Source of the DNA: Patescibacteria group bacterium
Lineage (GTDB): Bacteria > Patescibacteriota > JABMPQ01
DNA: 64,000 nt
NCBI GenBank assembly: GCA_041749335.1
Contig: JBGTBM010000009.1
Coordinates: 179-64,178 of the forward strand
Direction: 5' to 3'
Made by a program: the position numbers and the translations under genes. This document shows positions 48,696 to 58,011 of this stretch, in pieces. The notes beneath the pieces are model-generated. The model did not search any database and was not told where the DNA came from. It saw only the letters and a list, made by a program, of their open reading frames with translations. Each line of letters opens with the position of its first letter. Position 1 is the stretch's first letter.

Positions 48696-49691
48696 TTAAA
48701 AATTACACGATAAATGTTTGCTTTTTTGTTTTATGATATCGGATTTTACCATTAGCTCCACCAGCTGATTAAAAGTCGTTTTGGGCTTCCAACCCAGCTG
48801 TTTTTTCGCCTTGGAATAATCTCCCAATAATACGTCCACTTCGGCCGGACGGAAAAATCTTTTATCTATTTTAATGTATTTTTGCCAATCTTTGATGCCG
48901 GCGGCGGAAAATGCTTCACGCACAAAATCTTTAACCGAATGCGTTTCTCCCGACGCAATAACATAATCATCCGGCTTATTTTGCTGCAGCATCATCCACA
49001 TCGCTTCCACGTAATCTTTGGCATATCCCCAGTCTCTTTTCGCTTCTAAATTTCCTAAATATAAATATTTTTGCTTGCCTAAAGATATTTTTGCCACCGC
49101 GTCCGTTATTTTTCTGGTAACGAACTCCAATCCTCTTCTTTCCGATTCGTGATTAAAAAGTATGCCCGAACAAGCAAACATATTATAACTTTCCCGATAA
49201 TTTATCGTCAGCCAATGTCCATATAACTTTGCTACCGCATAGGGACTGCGCGGATGAAATCGAGTTTCTTCGGTTTGCGGCATCTCGTGAATCTTGCCAT
49301 ACATCTCGCTGGATGATGCTTGATAAAACTTTATTTTGGGATTGATATATCGTATTGCTTCTAACATATTGGTTACTCCCAGCCCCGTTACCATGCCGGT
49401 AACATATGGCTGTTCAAAGGACGTTGAGACAAAACTTTGCGCGGCTAAATTATAAACTTCATCGGGCTTGGATTTTCTCAGCGCCAGCATGATTGATCCC
49501 ATATCGGTTAAATCGGCATAAATTAATTCAATTTTATCCAAAAGATGGATAATATTTCCCATATGATTGCTGCTCGTTCTTCTAAACGTGCCAAAAACCC
49601 GGTAGCCTTTTTCTAGAAGTAATTCAGCTAAATATGAACCGTCTTGGCCGCTGATGCCGGTAATCAATGCTCTCTTTTTTGTTTTCGCCAT
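48696..49691 (-). CDS. gmd: GDP-mannose 4,6-dehydratase
   Basis: [42 protein letters not shown]. Confidence 0.95.
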   Translation of the reverse strand: MAKTKKRALITGISGQDGSYLAELLLEKGYRVFGTFRRTSSNHMGNIIHLLDKIELIYADLTDMGSIMLALRKSKPDEVYNLAAQSFVSTSFEQPYVTGMVTGLGVTNMLEAIRYINPKIKFYQASSSEMYGKIHEMPQTEETRFHPRSPYAVAKLYGHWLTINYRESYNMFACSGILFNHESERRGLEFVTRKITDAVAKISLGKQKYLYLGNLEAKRDWGYAKDYVEAMWMMLQQNKPDDYVIASGETHSVKDFVREAFSAAGIKDWQKYIKIDKRFFRPAEVDVLLGDYSKAKKQLGWKPKTTFNQLVELMVKSDIIKQKSKHLSCNF

Positions 49692-49736
49692 GTTTTTTTG
49701 TTAAATAAAAAATACTCTTTAAAAAATTAAACTATA

Positions 49737-50681
49737 TTAAATTTTACTGCGCCAATAATCTAATGTCAACTTCAATGTGTCCTTAAAATCTATCTTAGGA
49801 CTCCATTCTAGCTCTTTCTTTATTTTACTGAAGCTTCCGACCGAACAAGCGATGTCAGATGGACGCATTCGGCTTGAATCTTTTTTTATTTTTATCTTGA
49901 TTCCCGAAAAAGATAAAAGCAATTCCAAAATTTCGGCAATGCTATAATGTGTGCCGGAGGCAATATTATAAATTTCACCGCTTTTCCCTTCGGTTGCAAG
50001 AAGATTATAAGCTCGAATAACATCGCGCACGTCCGAAAAATCTCTTATGGCATTTAAATTACCGACCTGAATCACTGGCTGATTTATGCCCTTTTCAATT
50101 TCAGCGATTTGTTTAGCAAAAGCCGGCACCACAAAATTTTCTGTCTGTCCCGGCCCAGTATGATTAAACGCCCGAGATATAATAATTTCCACCTGATCCG
50201 TTATATATTTCTTGGCCATTCTTTCCATTTCCAGCTTGCTTTCCGCGTATATTCCGATCGGATTTTCCATATCACTTTCAGTAAAAGGCCGGCAGTTTGC
50301 GCCAGATCCATAGATATAACTAGTGCTCGCCAACATGATCCTCATTTTTTTCGATATAGTTTGGCAAGACCGTAATATATTAACAGTACCATCTACATTG
50401 ACCTTAAAAACTTTTTCCCGATCGCTTTCATTCCCGGAAGACATAGCGGCCAAATGATAAACATAATCCGGCGTTGATTTTTTTATCACGTTATCAACTT
50501 CAAGCTTATCGGCAATATCACATTTCAGAAATTCCACTTCCGGAAATTTTCCGTGCGAGTCGGTGTAATCCCTATCATCAAGATAGGTGCCGAATATTTT
50601 TACATCCTGATCCCGCCCCAATAAATATTCAGTTAAATATTTTCCAACAAAGCCGGTAATGCCGGTAATTAATATATTCAT
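49737..50681 (-). CDS. rmd: GDP-4-keto-6-deoxy-D-mannose reductase (Rmd-like SDR)
   Basis: GITGFVG, YAESK, RAFNHTGPGQ, VGNL..IRDFSDVRD. Adjacent to gmd. Confidence 0.75.
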   Translation of the reverse strand: MNILITGITGFVGKYLTEYLLGRDQDVKIFGTYLDDRDYTDSHGKFPEVEFLKCDIADKLEVDNVIKKSTPDYVYHLAAMSSGNESDREKVFKVNVDGTVNILRSCQTISKKMRIMLASTSYIYGSGANCRPFTESDMENPIGIYAESKLEMERMAKKYITDQVEIIISRAFNHTGPGQTENFVVPAFAKQIAEIEKGINQPVIQVGNLNAIRDFSDVRDVIRAYNLLATEGKSGEIYNIASGTHYSIAEILELLLSFSGIKIKIKKDSSRMRPSDIACSVGSFSKIKKELEWSPKIDFKDTLKLTLDYWRSKI

Positions 50682-50682
50682 G

Positions 50683-51624
50683 TTATTTTTGATAAGCCTT
50701 TATAGTGCTTACAATCATATCCCGCAGCGTTTCTTTTGGCTCCCAATTTAATAATTTTTTCGCTTTTTCGTACGAGGCAGTTAATTTTGCCACATCCCCC
50801 TCTCTTCTTTCCCCAATTTCATATACAACATCTTTTCCATAAGCCGCGCTAAATTCTTTAATTAATTCTAATACCGATACTCCTCGAGAGGTACCAAGAT
50901 TTATCACATCTGATTGATTAATGCCCAGAGCTTTTATATGTGCTTCAACCAAATCATTAATCCCGACATAATCTCGAATGCAAGTTCCATCGATGGTTTC
51001 ATAATCATCGCCAAATACGGTAAATTTTTCCCTTTTCCCCGTTAATACTTCCATAATTATCGGAAATACATTCTGCGCTTCCGGATCAATATAGTTTAAG
51101 CCCGCATCCCCGGCGACATTAAAATAGCGCAAAGATATGCCGTTTAAGCCTGTTAATTCGGAGTGCCATTTGATTAAATTTTCACAAACCAACTTAGTAT
51201 ACCCATAAAAATTTTGCGGACTGGTCGGATGCTCTTCATCAATGGAGATGTATTTGGGTTCGCCATAAACGGCAGCCGTACTGGAAAATATTAATTTTTT
51301 TATTCCTTTTTCTTGAATGGCATTAATTAGATTAATAAAACCCGTAATATTGTCAGAATATTTAACCGGCTGCTCCATAGATTCTCCCGCTGCTTTATAA
51401 GCCGCAAAATGCATTACCGCGTCAATTTTATTTTCTTTAAAAACTTGACCGACAAACTGTTTATCAATAAGATCTCCAACAAATAATTTTGCCTTGGGAT
51501 TTACCAGCTCTTTTTTTCCTTTTAATAAATTATCTATCACCAGAACGTCGTGATTTTTTTCTATCAAAGCTTTAACTGCCGCACTGCCGATATAGCCCGC
51601 TCCGCCCGTTACCAATATCTTCAT
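50683..51624 (-). CDS. galE: UDP-glucose 4-epimerase
   Basis: GGAGYIGS, HFAAYKAAGES, YGYTK, LRYFNVAG, DGTCIRDY. Confidence 0.92.
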   Translation of the reverse strand: MKILVTGGAGYIGSAAVKALIEKNHDVLVIDNLLKGKKELVNPKAKLFVGDLIDKQFVGQVFKENKIDAVMHFAAYKAAGESMEQPVKYSDNITGFINLINAIQEKGIKKLIFSSTAAVYGEPKYISIDEEHPTSPQNFYGYTKLVCENLIKWHSELTGLNGISLRYFNVAGDAGLNYIDPEAQNVFPIIMEVLTGKREKFTVFGDDYETIDGTCIRDYVGINDLVEAHIKALGINQSDVINLGTSRGVSVLELIKEFSAAYGKDVVYEIGERREGDVAKLTASYEKAKKLLNWEPKETLRDMIVSTIKAYQK

Positions 51625-51625
51625 T

Positions 51626-52423
51626 TTATTTTAATAATTTTTTAGATAAGTATTTTAACTCTTCATTAAATTCCGCTATTGATTTTTCAATAATCGGATC
51701 AAAATTCTGATATATCTTTTTTTCCTTAACCACATTTCCCGCCGTAAGCAGCGAATCAAATGTTCCGGCATCCAACCAAGCTCCCTCAAATTTTTTAACC
51801 TCCAACTCTTCTTGATTTAAATAAAAATTATGCAGATCGACTATTTCAATTTCTCCCCTCTCTGATGGCTTAAGATTTTTAGCGGCATTAACCACTCGAT
51901 TATCATAAACATATAGTCCGGTTATGGCATAATCACTGATCCACTCTTGAGGTTTTTCGACAATTTTTTCCGCTTTACCTTTTTCGTCGAATTTTACCAC
52001 TCCAAATCTTTCCGGATCGCTGACTTTAGTGGCAAATACCATCCCGCCGCGCCTAAAATTTTTAATGTCGTGAGAAAAATCGTCTTCAAAAATATTATCG
52101 CCTAATATTAAAGTGGCATCATCTTCGTCAAGAAATTTTTCTCCTAGAACAAAGGCTTCTGGCAATCCTTTGGGCACTTTTTGTACTTCAAAAACCAGGC
52201 GGATTCCATAATTTTTAAAAAGTGAACCCAATAAATTTAAAAATTGTCCACTATGTTCGGGAGCCACGATAACTAATATTTCTTTAATCCCCGCTTTAAT
52301 TAAGGTATTTAGCGGATAAAAAATCATCTGCCTATCATAAACTGGTAATAATTGTTTAGAAGTAGTGGCGGTCAAAGGATATAATCTGGTGGCGCTGCCT
52401 CCTGCTAAAATAATACCTTTCAT
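51626..52423 (-). CDS. rfbA: Glucose-1-phosphate thymidylyltransferase
   Basis: GIILAGGSATRLYPLT, SKQLLPVYD, KPSERGEIEI, WLDAGT. Confidence 0.9.
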   Translation of the reverse strand: MKGIILAGGSATRLYPLTATTSKQLLPVYDRQMIFYPLNTLIKAGIKEILVIVAPEHSGQFLNLLGSLFKNYGIRLVFEVQKVPKGLPEAFVLGEKFLDEDDATLILGDNIFEDDFSHDIKNFRRGGMVFATKVSDPERFGVVKFDEKGKAEKIVEKPQEWISDYAITGLYVYDNRVVNAAKNLKPSERGEIEIVDLHNFYLNQEELEVKKFEGAWLDAGTFDSLLTAGNVVKEKKIYQNFDPIIEKSIAEFNEELKYLSKKLLK

Positions 52424-52433
52424 ATTTTTTGAC

Positions 52434-53273
52434 TTATTTACTTAAATATTCTTTCAAGGCCTCTCGCCACGATCTGAGCTTGGGAAGCTTTGAATTAATT
52501 AAAATTGAATATTGCGGTCTCTTAGCGGGACGAGGAAATTCTTCGCTAGTGCAAGGATTTACATTTATATCCTTGCCTACGTTTTTAAATATTTCCATCG
52601 CGAAATCATACCAAGTGGTTTGTCCCTCATTGGGTAAATGATATACACCGTATGCCGGCTTGGTTTCGATTAAAATTTTTAATGCCTTGGCTAAATCTAC
52701 GGTATAGGTTGGCTTTCCATGCTGGTCGTTCACTACTTTTAATTCCTTGTGATCTTTAGCTAAATTTAACATGGTTTCAACAAAATTCTTTCCATTTTTA
52801 CCAAAAAGCCATGATATCCGAACAATATAATGCTTTTCCATATTCTCTCTCACCATTTTTTCACCCAATGCTTTAGATGCCCCATATTGATTAACCGGAT
52901 CGATTCGATCTTCTTCTTTATATCCTTCCGCTTTCAATCCATCAAATACATAATCAGTGCTAATATGAACTAAAATTGCATTTTCATCCCGGCATGCTTT
53001 GGCAATATATTGTAAAGCTTGGCCATTAACTTTATTGCAGATATCTTTATCCTCTTCACATTTATCCACATCGGTATAAGCGGCAGCATTAATCACGTAA
53101 TCCGGCTTATTTTTTTTAATAAAATCCCGAACCTGATTTTCTTTAGTAATATCAAAATCGGAAATATCCGTACCCACTACTGAATAATTACTATCGGCCT
53201 CAAATTCCCGCATTAAATCCGTACCCAGCATTCCTTTGGCGCCGATTAATAAAATTTTTTCATAAGCTTGCAT
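52434..53273 (-). CDS. rfbD: dTDP-4-dehydrorhamnose reductase
   Basis: GAKGMLG, AAYTDVD, HISTDYVFDG, YGASK, DQHGKPT, PAKRP. Confidence 0.93.
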   Translation of the reverse strand: MQAYEKILLIGAKGMLGTDLMREFEADSNYSVVGTDISDFDITKENQVRDFIKKNKPDYVINAAAYTDVDKCEEDKDICNKVNGQALQYIAKACRDENAILVHISTDYVFDGLKAEGYKEEDRIDPVNQYGASKALGEKMVRENMEKHYIVRISWLFGKNGKNFVETMLNLAKDHKELKVVNDQHGKPTYTVDLAKALKILIETKPAYGVYHLPNEGQTTWYDFAMEIFKNVGKDINVNPCTSEEFPRPAKRPQYSILINSKLPKLRSWREALKEYLSK

Positions 53274-53282
53274 GTTTATTCA

Positions 53283-53777
53283 TTATTTTTTTGAAATATT
53301 CACTTCAATTGGTTTTTCAAATTTTTTATATTGAGCGGGTGTTATTTCCAGAGAGTCTATAAAGCTCCCTGCGTTTAAATTAATTTTCTTTAATCGCATC
53401 ATGGCTTTATCGCAAAAAGTAACCGCTTTGAATAAACTGCCAAAAGGGGGCAATGCTCCAATTTTTTTGGTTATATTGTTTTTAATCTGGCCCTCCGAAG
53501 CAATTTTAATTGACTTAACCTTTTTTTCTTTCATCTGCTCCAAATATTTGTTCAAGGCTTTTTTAAACTTTACCATATCCAACCTTTTATTGCCCGGAAT
53601 AACCGCAAAGACAAATTTATTATCTGTTTTTAAAAGCAACGTTTTTCCGACACTTTTTATGTCAATTTTTTGAGTTTGTGCAGAATCAAAAGTAGTATAA
53701 ACTTTTTTATGCTGTAATATCTTATATTTAATCCCCTCTTTATCTAATTTATTAATTAATTTCTTTAAAGGAGGCAT
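53283..53777 (-). CDS. YbaK/EbsC family aminoacyl-tRNA deacylase-like protein
   Basis: GKTLLLK, GALPPFG, NAGS. Co-transcribed with aspS. Confidence 0.8.
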   Translation of the reverse strand: MPPLKKLINKLDKEGIKYKILQHKKVYTTFDSAQTQKIDIKSVGKTLLLKTDNKFVFAVIPGNKRLDMVKFKKALNKYLEQMKEKKVKSIKIASEGQIKNNITKKIGALPPFGSLFKAVTFCDKAMMRLKKINLNAGSFIDSLEITPAQYKKFEKPIEVNISKK

Positions 53778-53781
53778 GTTC

Positions 53782-55554
53782 TTATTTTTTATTTATTTTT
53801 ATTCCCAGTTCTTTTAATTGGGCTTCGGAAACTTCGCTGGGCGACCCGGTCATCATATCTTGGGCATTGCCGGCCTTGGGAAAAGCGTATATATCTCTAA
53901 TACTATTGGTGCCAAAAATAAGCATTAACATTCGATCTATTCCCGGAGCAGCGCCGCCATGAGGAGGAGCGCCAAATTTCATCGCTTCAACCATATGTTT
54001 AAATTTTTTATCTACCTCGCTTCTTTTATATCCGGCTAATTCAAATGCTTGATATAATAATTCAGGCCTATGGTTTCGGATTGAACCGCTGCCGATTTCA
54101 TAGCCGTTAGCCACAATGTCAAATTGCGTAGAGCGAATTTTGGTTGCATCTTTTTCTTCAAAAGCTTTTTCTTCGCCTACAGGCATGCTAAAAGGATTAT
54201 GCTCAAAATCAAGCTTCCCGGTAATATCGCTTATAGAATACATTGGAAAATCATAAATCCAAGCCCAGGCAATTAATTTATTATCGATTAATTTATTATT
54301 AACAGCAACTTGGGTGCGAACTTTACCGAGAGCTTTAACTACCTTTAGCCAGTTATCAGCGCCAAAAAACACAATATCGCCTTTTTTAGCTTTAGTTTCA
54401 TTTTTTATTCCTTCAACTTCACGATCTGATAAAAATTTTAAAATAGGAGATGCTGGGCTATCCTTATAAATAATATAGGCTAATCCACCCAATCCTTCGC
54501 TTTTTGCAATTTCCGTCAAATCATCGATTTGTTTGCGAGAAAAATTACTTCCCCCTGTTACTTTTAAAGCCTTAACGCATCCACCTTGTGAAATGGCATT
54601 TGCAAAAACTTTAAAATTGGTATTTTTAAATAATTCCGTAAGCTCAATTAACGGCAAATCATACCGCAAATCCGGCTTATCTGAACCGTATGTATTCATT
54701 GCCTCATCCCAGGAAATTCTCGGAAAAGGATTATGCATTATCTTTTTATCGGAAAATTTTTCTGTAAGCTCTATAATTAATTTTTCGATTATATTATACA
54801 AATCCTCTCTCTCCACAAAACTCATTTCAAAATCAAGTTGATAAAAATCCCCCGGATGTCTATCAGCCCTAGGATCTTCATCTCTAAAACAGGGTGCGAT
54901 TTGAAAATATTTATCCATCCCCGCCACCATTAAAAGCTGCTTAAATTGCTGCGGAGCTTGAGGTAAAGCATAGAATTTACCAGGATATAATCTGGAGGGA
55001 ACCAAATAATCTCTGGCTCCTTCCGGACTGGAATTAGCCAAAAGTGGAGTTTGAATTTCAATAAAATCGCGCTTATTAAAATAATCTCTAATATATCTAA
55101 TAAATTCATTTCTTTTCATTAAGATATCTTGATAATATTTATGGCGCAAATCAAGAAAACGATATTTAAGCCTTAATTCTTCATTGGCCATGGTCCTTTT
55201 CTTATCATTAATTTCAAAGGGCGGCGTTTTTGATTCACTCAAAACATCAATTTTTTCAACCTCTATTTCTATTTTCCCCGTATTGAGCTCTTCATTAATC
55301 ATATTTTCCGGCCGCAATCTAACTTCACCTTCTATTCTAATTACATATTCAGAGCGGCATTTATCGGCGACATTAAACGATTCCCTTTTTTGCGGATTAA
55401 ACACAATCTGTGTAATGCCAAATCTATCTCTTAAATCAATAAAAATAAGATCGCCATGATCTCTGCGCGAATTCACCCAGCCGGACAATATTACCTTCTC
55501 CCCATTATTTTTATCAGATAATTGTCCGCAATTGTGCGTGCGATAATATTTCAT
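53782..55554 (-). CDS. aspS: Aspartate--tRNA ligase
   Basis: RRDHG..FIDLRD, PEGARDYLVPSR, QIAPCFRDED, GAPPHGG. Confidence 0.97.
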   Translation of the reverse strand: MKYYRTHNCGQLSDKNNGEKVILSGWVNSRRDHGDLIFIDLRDRFGITQIVFNPQKRESFNVADKCRSEYVIRIEGEVRLRPENMINEELNTGKIEIEVEKIDVLSESKTPPFEINDKKRTMANEELRLKYRFLDLRHKYYQDILMKRNEFIRYIRDYFNKRDFIEIQTPLLANSSPEGARDYLVPSRLYPGKFYALPQAPQQFKQLLMVAGMDKYFQIAPCFRDEDPRADRHPGDFYQLDFEMSFVEREDLYNIIEKLIIELTEKFSDKKIMHNPFPRISWDEAMNTYGSDKPDLRYDLPLIELTELFKNTNFKVFANAISQGGCVKALKVTGGSNFSRKQIDDLTEIAKSEGLGGLAYIIYKDSPASPILKFLSDREVEGIKNETKAKKGDIVFFGADNWLKVVKALGKVRTQVAVNNKLIDNKLIAWAWIYDFPMYSISDITGKLDFEHNPFSMPVGEEKAFEEKDATKIRSTQFDIVANGYEIGSGSIRNHRPELLYQAFELAGYKRSEVDKKFKHMVEAMKFGAPPHGGAAPGIDRMLMLIFGTNSIRDIYAFPKAGNAQDMMTGSPSEVSEAQLKELGIKINKK

Positions 55555-55557
55555 AAA

Positions 55558-56457
55558 TTATTTTTTTGTTTTTTCCCAAGCAGCCAAAATAGTGCTCGCA
55601 ATAAAAATTGAAGAATAAGTACCGGCGATTATACCTACGATTAAAGCCAATACGAACCATTGAATTGTCGCTCCTCCGAATAAATAAAGAGCGACTAATA
55701 CTAATAAGGTGGTAATAGAGGTATTTAACGATCTGGTTAAGGTTTGATTAATGCTAAGATCAATCACCTGGTCCAATCTTTTATTTTCTAATCTTAGAAG
55801 ATTAAATCTGATGCGATCAAAAACTACGATAGTATCATTTATTGAATATCCTAAAACTGTCAGTAGCGCAATTACAAATAAACTATCCAATTGAACATTA
55901 AAAAATTTCCCTAAAATAACAAATACTCCCACTAAAATAACTATATCGTGAATAAGCGCAATAATAGCGCAGATGCCGAATTTCCAAGATGGAATTTTAG
56001 TTGATACTTTTCTAAAAGTATAAGCAATATAAAGCACTATACAAATTAATACCAATGCGATCGCATACAAAGCCTTGCTTTTTAATTCCTGTCCGATGGT
56101 TGGCCCGATGGATTCAAATCTTAATTCTTCAAAATTTCCTGCTATATTTGAATATTTTTTTTCAAATTCATCAATTAGTTTCTGATGTTTTTCTTCATCT
56201 AAAGTCTCCATGCGAATAATAAAGCTGCCGTCTTGCGCAGGCTGCACTTTATAATCCGATATTCCCGTTTTTCCTATTAAATTATCTATTTCAGGTTTAT
56301 TAGGAGATTGCTGATTAAATTTGATTTCCATTAATGATCCGCCCTTAAAATCAATTCCTAAATTCAAACCAAATATAATCAGTAATACAACGCTGGAAAC
56401 CACCAATATTCCAGAAAAAATAAACCAAATTTTACTTTTTTTAATAATTCTTATCAT
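55558..56457 (-). CDS. secF: Protein translocase subunit SecF
   Basis: LGIDFKGG, IGPTIG.EL, GYSINDTIVVFDRIR, GTYSSIFIA. Start moved to MIRIIKK. Confidence 0.95.
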   Translation of the reverse strand: MIRIIKKSKIWFIFSGILVVSSVVLLIIFGLNLGIDFKGGSLMEIKFNQQSPNKPEIDNLIGKTGISDYKVQPAQDGSFIIRMETLDEEKHQKLIDEFEKKYSNIAGNFEELRFESIGPTIGQELKSKALYAIALVLICIVLYIAYTFRKVSTKIPSWKFGICAIIALIHDIVILVGVFVILGKFFNVQLDSLFVIALLTVLGYSINDTIVVFDRIRFNLLRLENKRLDQVIDLSINQTLTRSLNTSITTLLVLVALYLFGGATIQWFVLALIVGIIAGTYSSIFIASTILAAWEKTKK

Positions 56458-57985
56458 TAATTTCTTTTTTCTTAACATTAAATAAATATAATCTTTTTCC
56501 CAGCCATTTATTTGAAATAATTTGTAAAAATATTTTAGTAATAAAAATGGTGGAAAACATGCTTAATATGACGCCAACCCCCAAAGTAACAGCAAAACCC
56601 CTGATAATGCCTACGCCAAACCAGCCTAAAACTCCACAAGTAATGATTGTAGATAAATTAGAATCTCTAATGGAGGGCCAAGCATGTTGGAAACCCGAAT
56701 CAACAGCGGAACCTAATGTTTTTCCCAATCTTAATTCTTCTCTAATTCTTTCGAATATCAATACATTGGCATCGACTGCCATTCCAATAGAAAGGATAAA
56801 TCCCGCGATGCCGGCCAAGGTTAATGTCACCGGAATCAATTTAAATAAAGCCAGAGTAACCAAAACGTAAATTATCAAAGCAAAAACCGATAGCAAGCCG
56901 GGTAAGCGATAGAAAATAATCATAAATAAGCACACCATCAATAAACCGATTAAGCCTGCCAAAAAACTTTTTTCTATTGATATTTTACCCAGGGTAGCGC
57001 CCACAGTATTTTGCGAAATTAAATTTATCGGAACAGGCAATGCACCGGCGTTTAACCTCATTGCTAAATCTTTCGCCTCTTCCAAGGTAAATTGGCCGGA
57101 AATTACCGCTTGTCCGTCTCTAATTGGTTCGTTGACATTGGGAGCGGATATTAATGCATTATCAAGAAAAATTGCCAAGGGCTTTCCTACATTCCGTTCG
57201 GTTATCTCGGCAAATAATTTTTTACCTTCATCATTAAATGATAATCCAATCATGGGTTGATTGGTTTGCTGATCAAATTGTAATTGCGCGTTTACAAGAT
57301 GCTGCCCCGAAAGCGCCGTCAGCTTAAATCCGGGATATTGCTGCTGTTGTATCATTTGCGATAAAGCCTCGTAATCAATTTCCTGCCCATCTTCAGTAAC
57401 GAATTTAGTATCTTCTCCTTCACCCTCTATTTTAATATTTTCTAAAATGTTATTTTCAATATTTTCAGCCTGATCGCCCTCAGCATTGCCCCCTTCGCTT
57501 CCTTCTTCAGTATTGGTTTCGGCCGGTGTCTCGATTTCCTGCACCTCTGGCTCCGCTGGAATTTGGCTTTCATCTTGTTCCCTGAAATCCAAAGAAGGAG
57601 TTTGTCCGATCAATTCAATTGCCTCGTTGACATCCTGTATGCCCGCCAGTTCAACAATAAGTCGACGTCTATCTCCCACAATAACCGTCTGAACTACCGG
57701 CTCTGACACACCCAACGCGTTTACTCTTCTTTCAATTACATCCCTGACTCCCGCCATTGATGAATCATAATTTTCCGGATCAACCTTGGATAAATCAGCT
57801 TCATATACCAAATGAGAGCCCCCCTGCAAATCTAATCCCAAATGGACTTTTAACTCTTTTTCATAGGGTATTTTAATTGGATATAAATCTAAATCAGGAC
57901 CCTTGGGCCAATCAATAATACCCGCCAAGAGAGTTAGTATCAAAATTCCTACAAACGTTAATCTAATTTTATTTCTTTTTGTCAT
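56441..57985 (-). CDS. secD: Protein translocase subunit SecD
   Basis: LGLDLQGG, RVNALGVSEP, LNAGALP, IGMAVDANVLIFERI. Confidence 0.96.
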   Translation of the reverse strand: MTKRNKIRLTFVGILILTLLAGIIDWPKGPDLDLYPIKIPYEKELKVHLGLDLQGGSHLVYEADLSKVDPENYDSSMAGVRDVIERRVNALGVSEPVVQTVIVGDRRRLIVELAGIQDVNEAIELIGQTPSLDFREQDESQIPAEPEVQEIETPAETNTEEGSEGGNAEGDQAENIENNILENIKIEGEGEDTKFVTEDGQEIDYEALSQMIQQQQYPGFKLTALSGQHLVNAQLQFDQQTNQPMIGLSFNDEGKKLFAEITERNVGKPLAIFLDNALISAPNVNEPIRDGQAVISGQFTLEEAKDLAMRLNAGALPVPINLISQNTVGATLGKISIEKSFLAGLIGLLMVCLFMIIFYRLPGLLSVFALIIYVLVTLALFKLIPVTLTLAGIAGFILSIGMAVDANVLIFERIREELRLGKTLGSAVDSGFQHAWPSIRDSNLSTIITCGVLGWFGVGIIRGFAVTLGVGVILSMFSTIFITKIFLQIISNKWLGKRLYLFNVKKKEINDKNY

Positions 57986-58011
57986 TATTTAATAAAAATT
58001 TTTATTTATAT

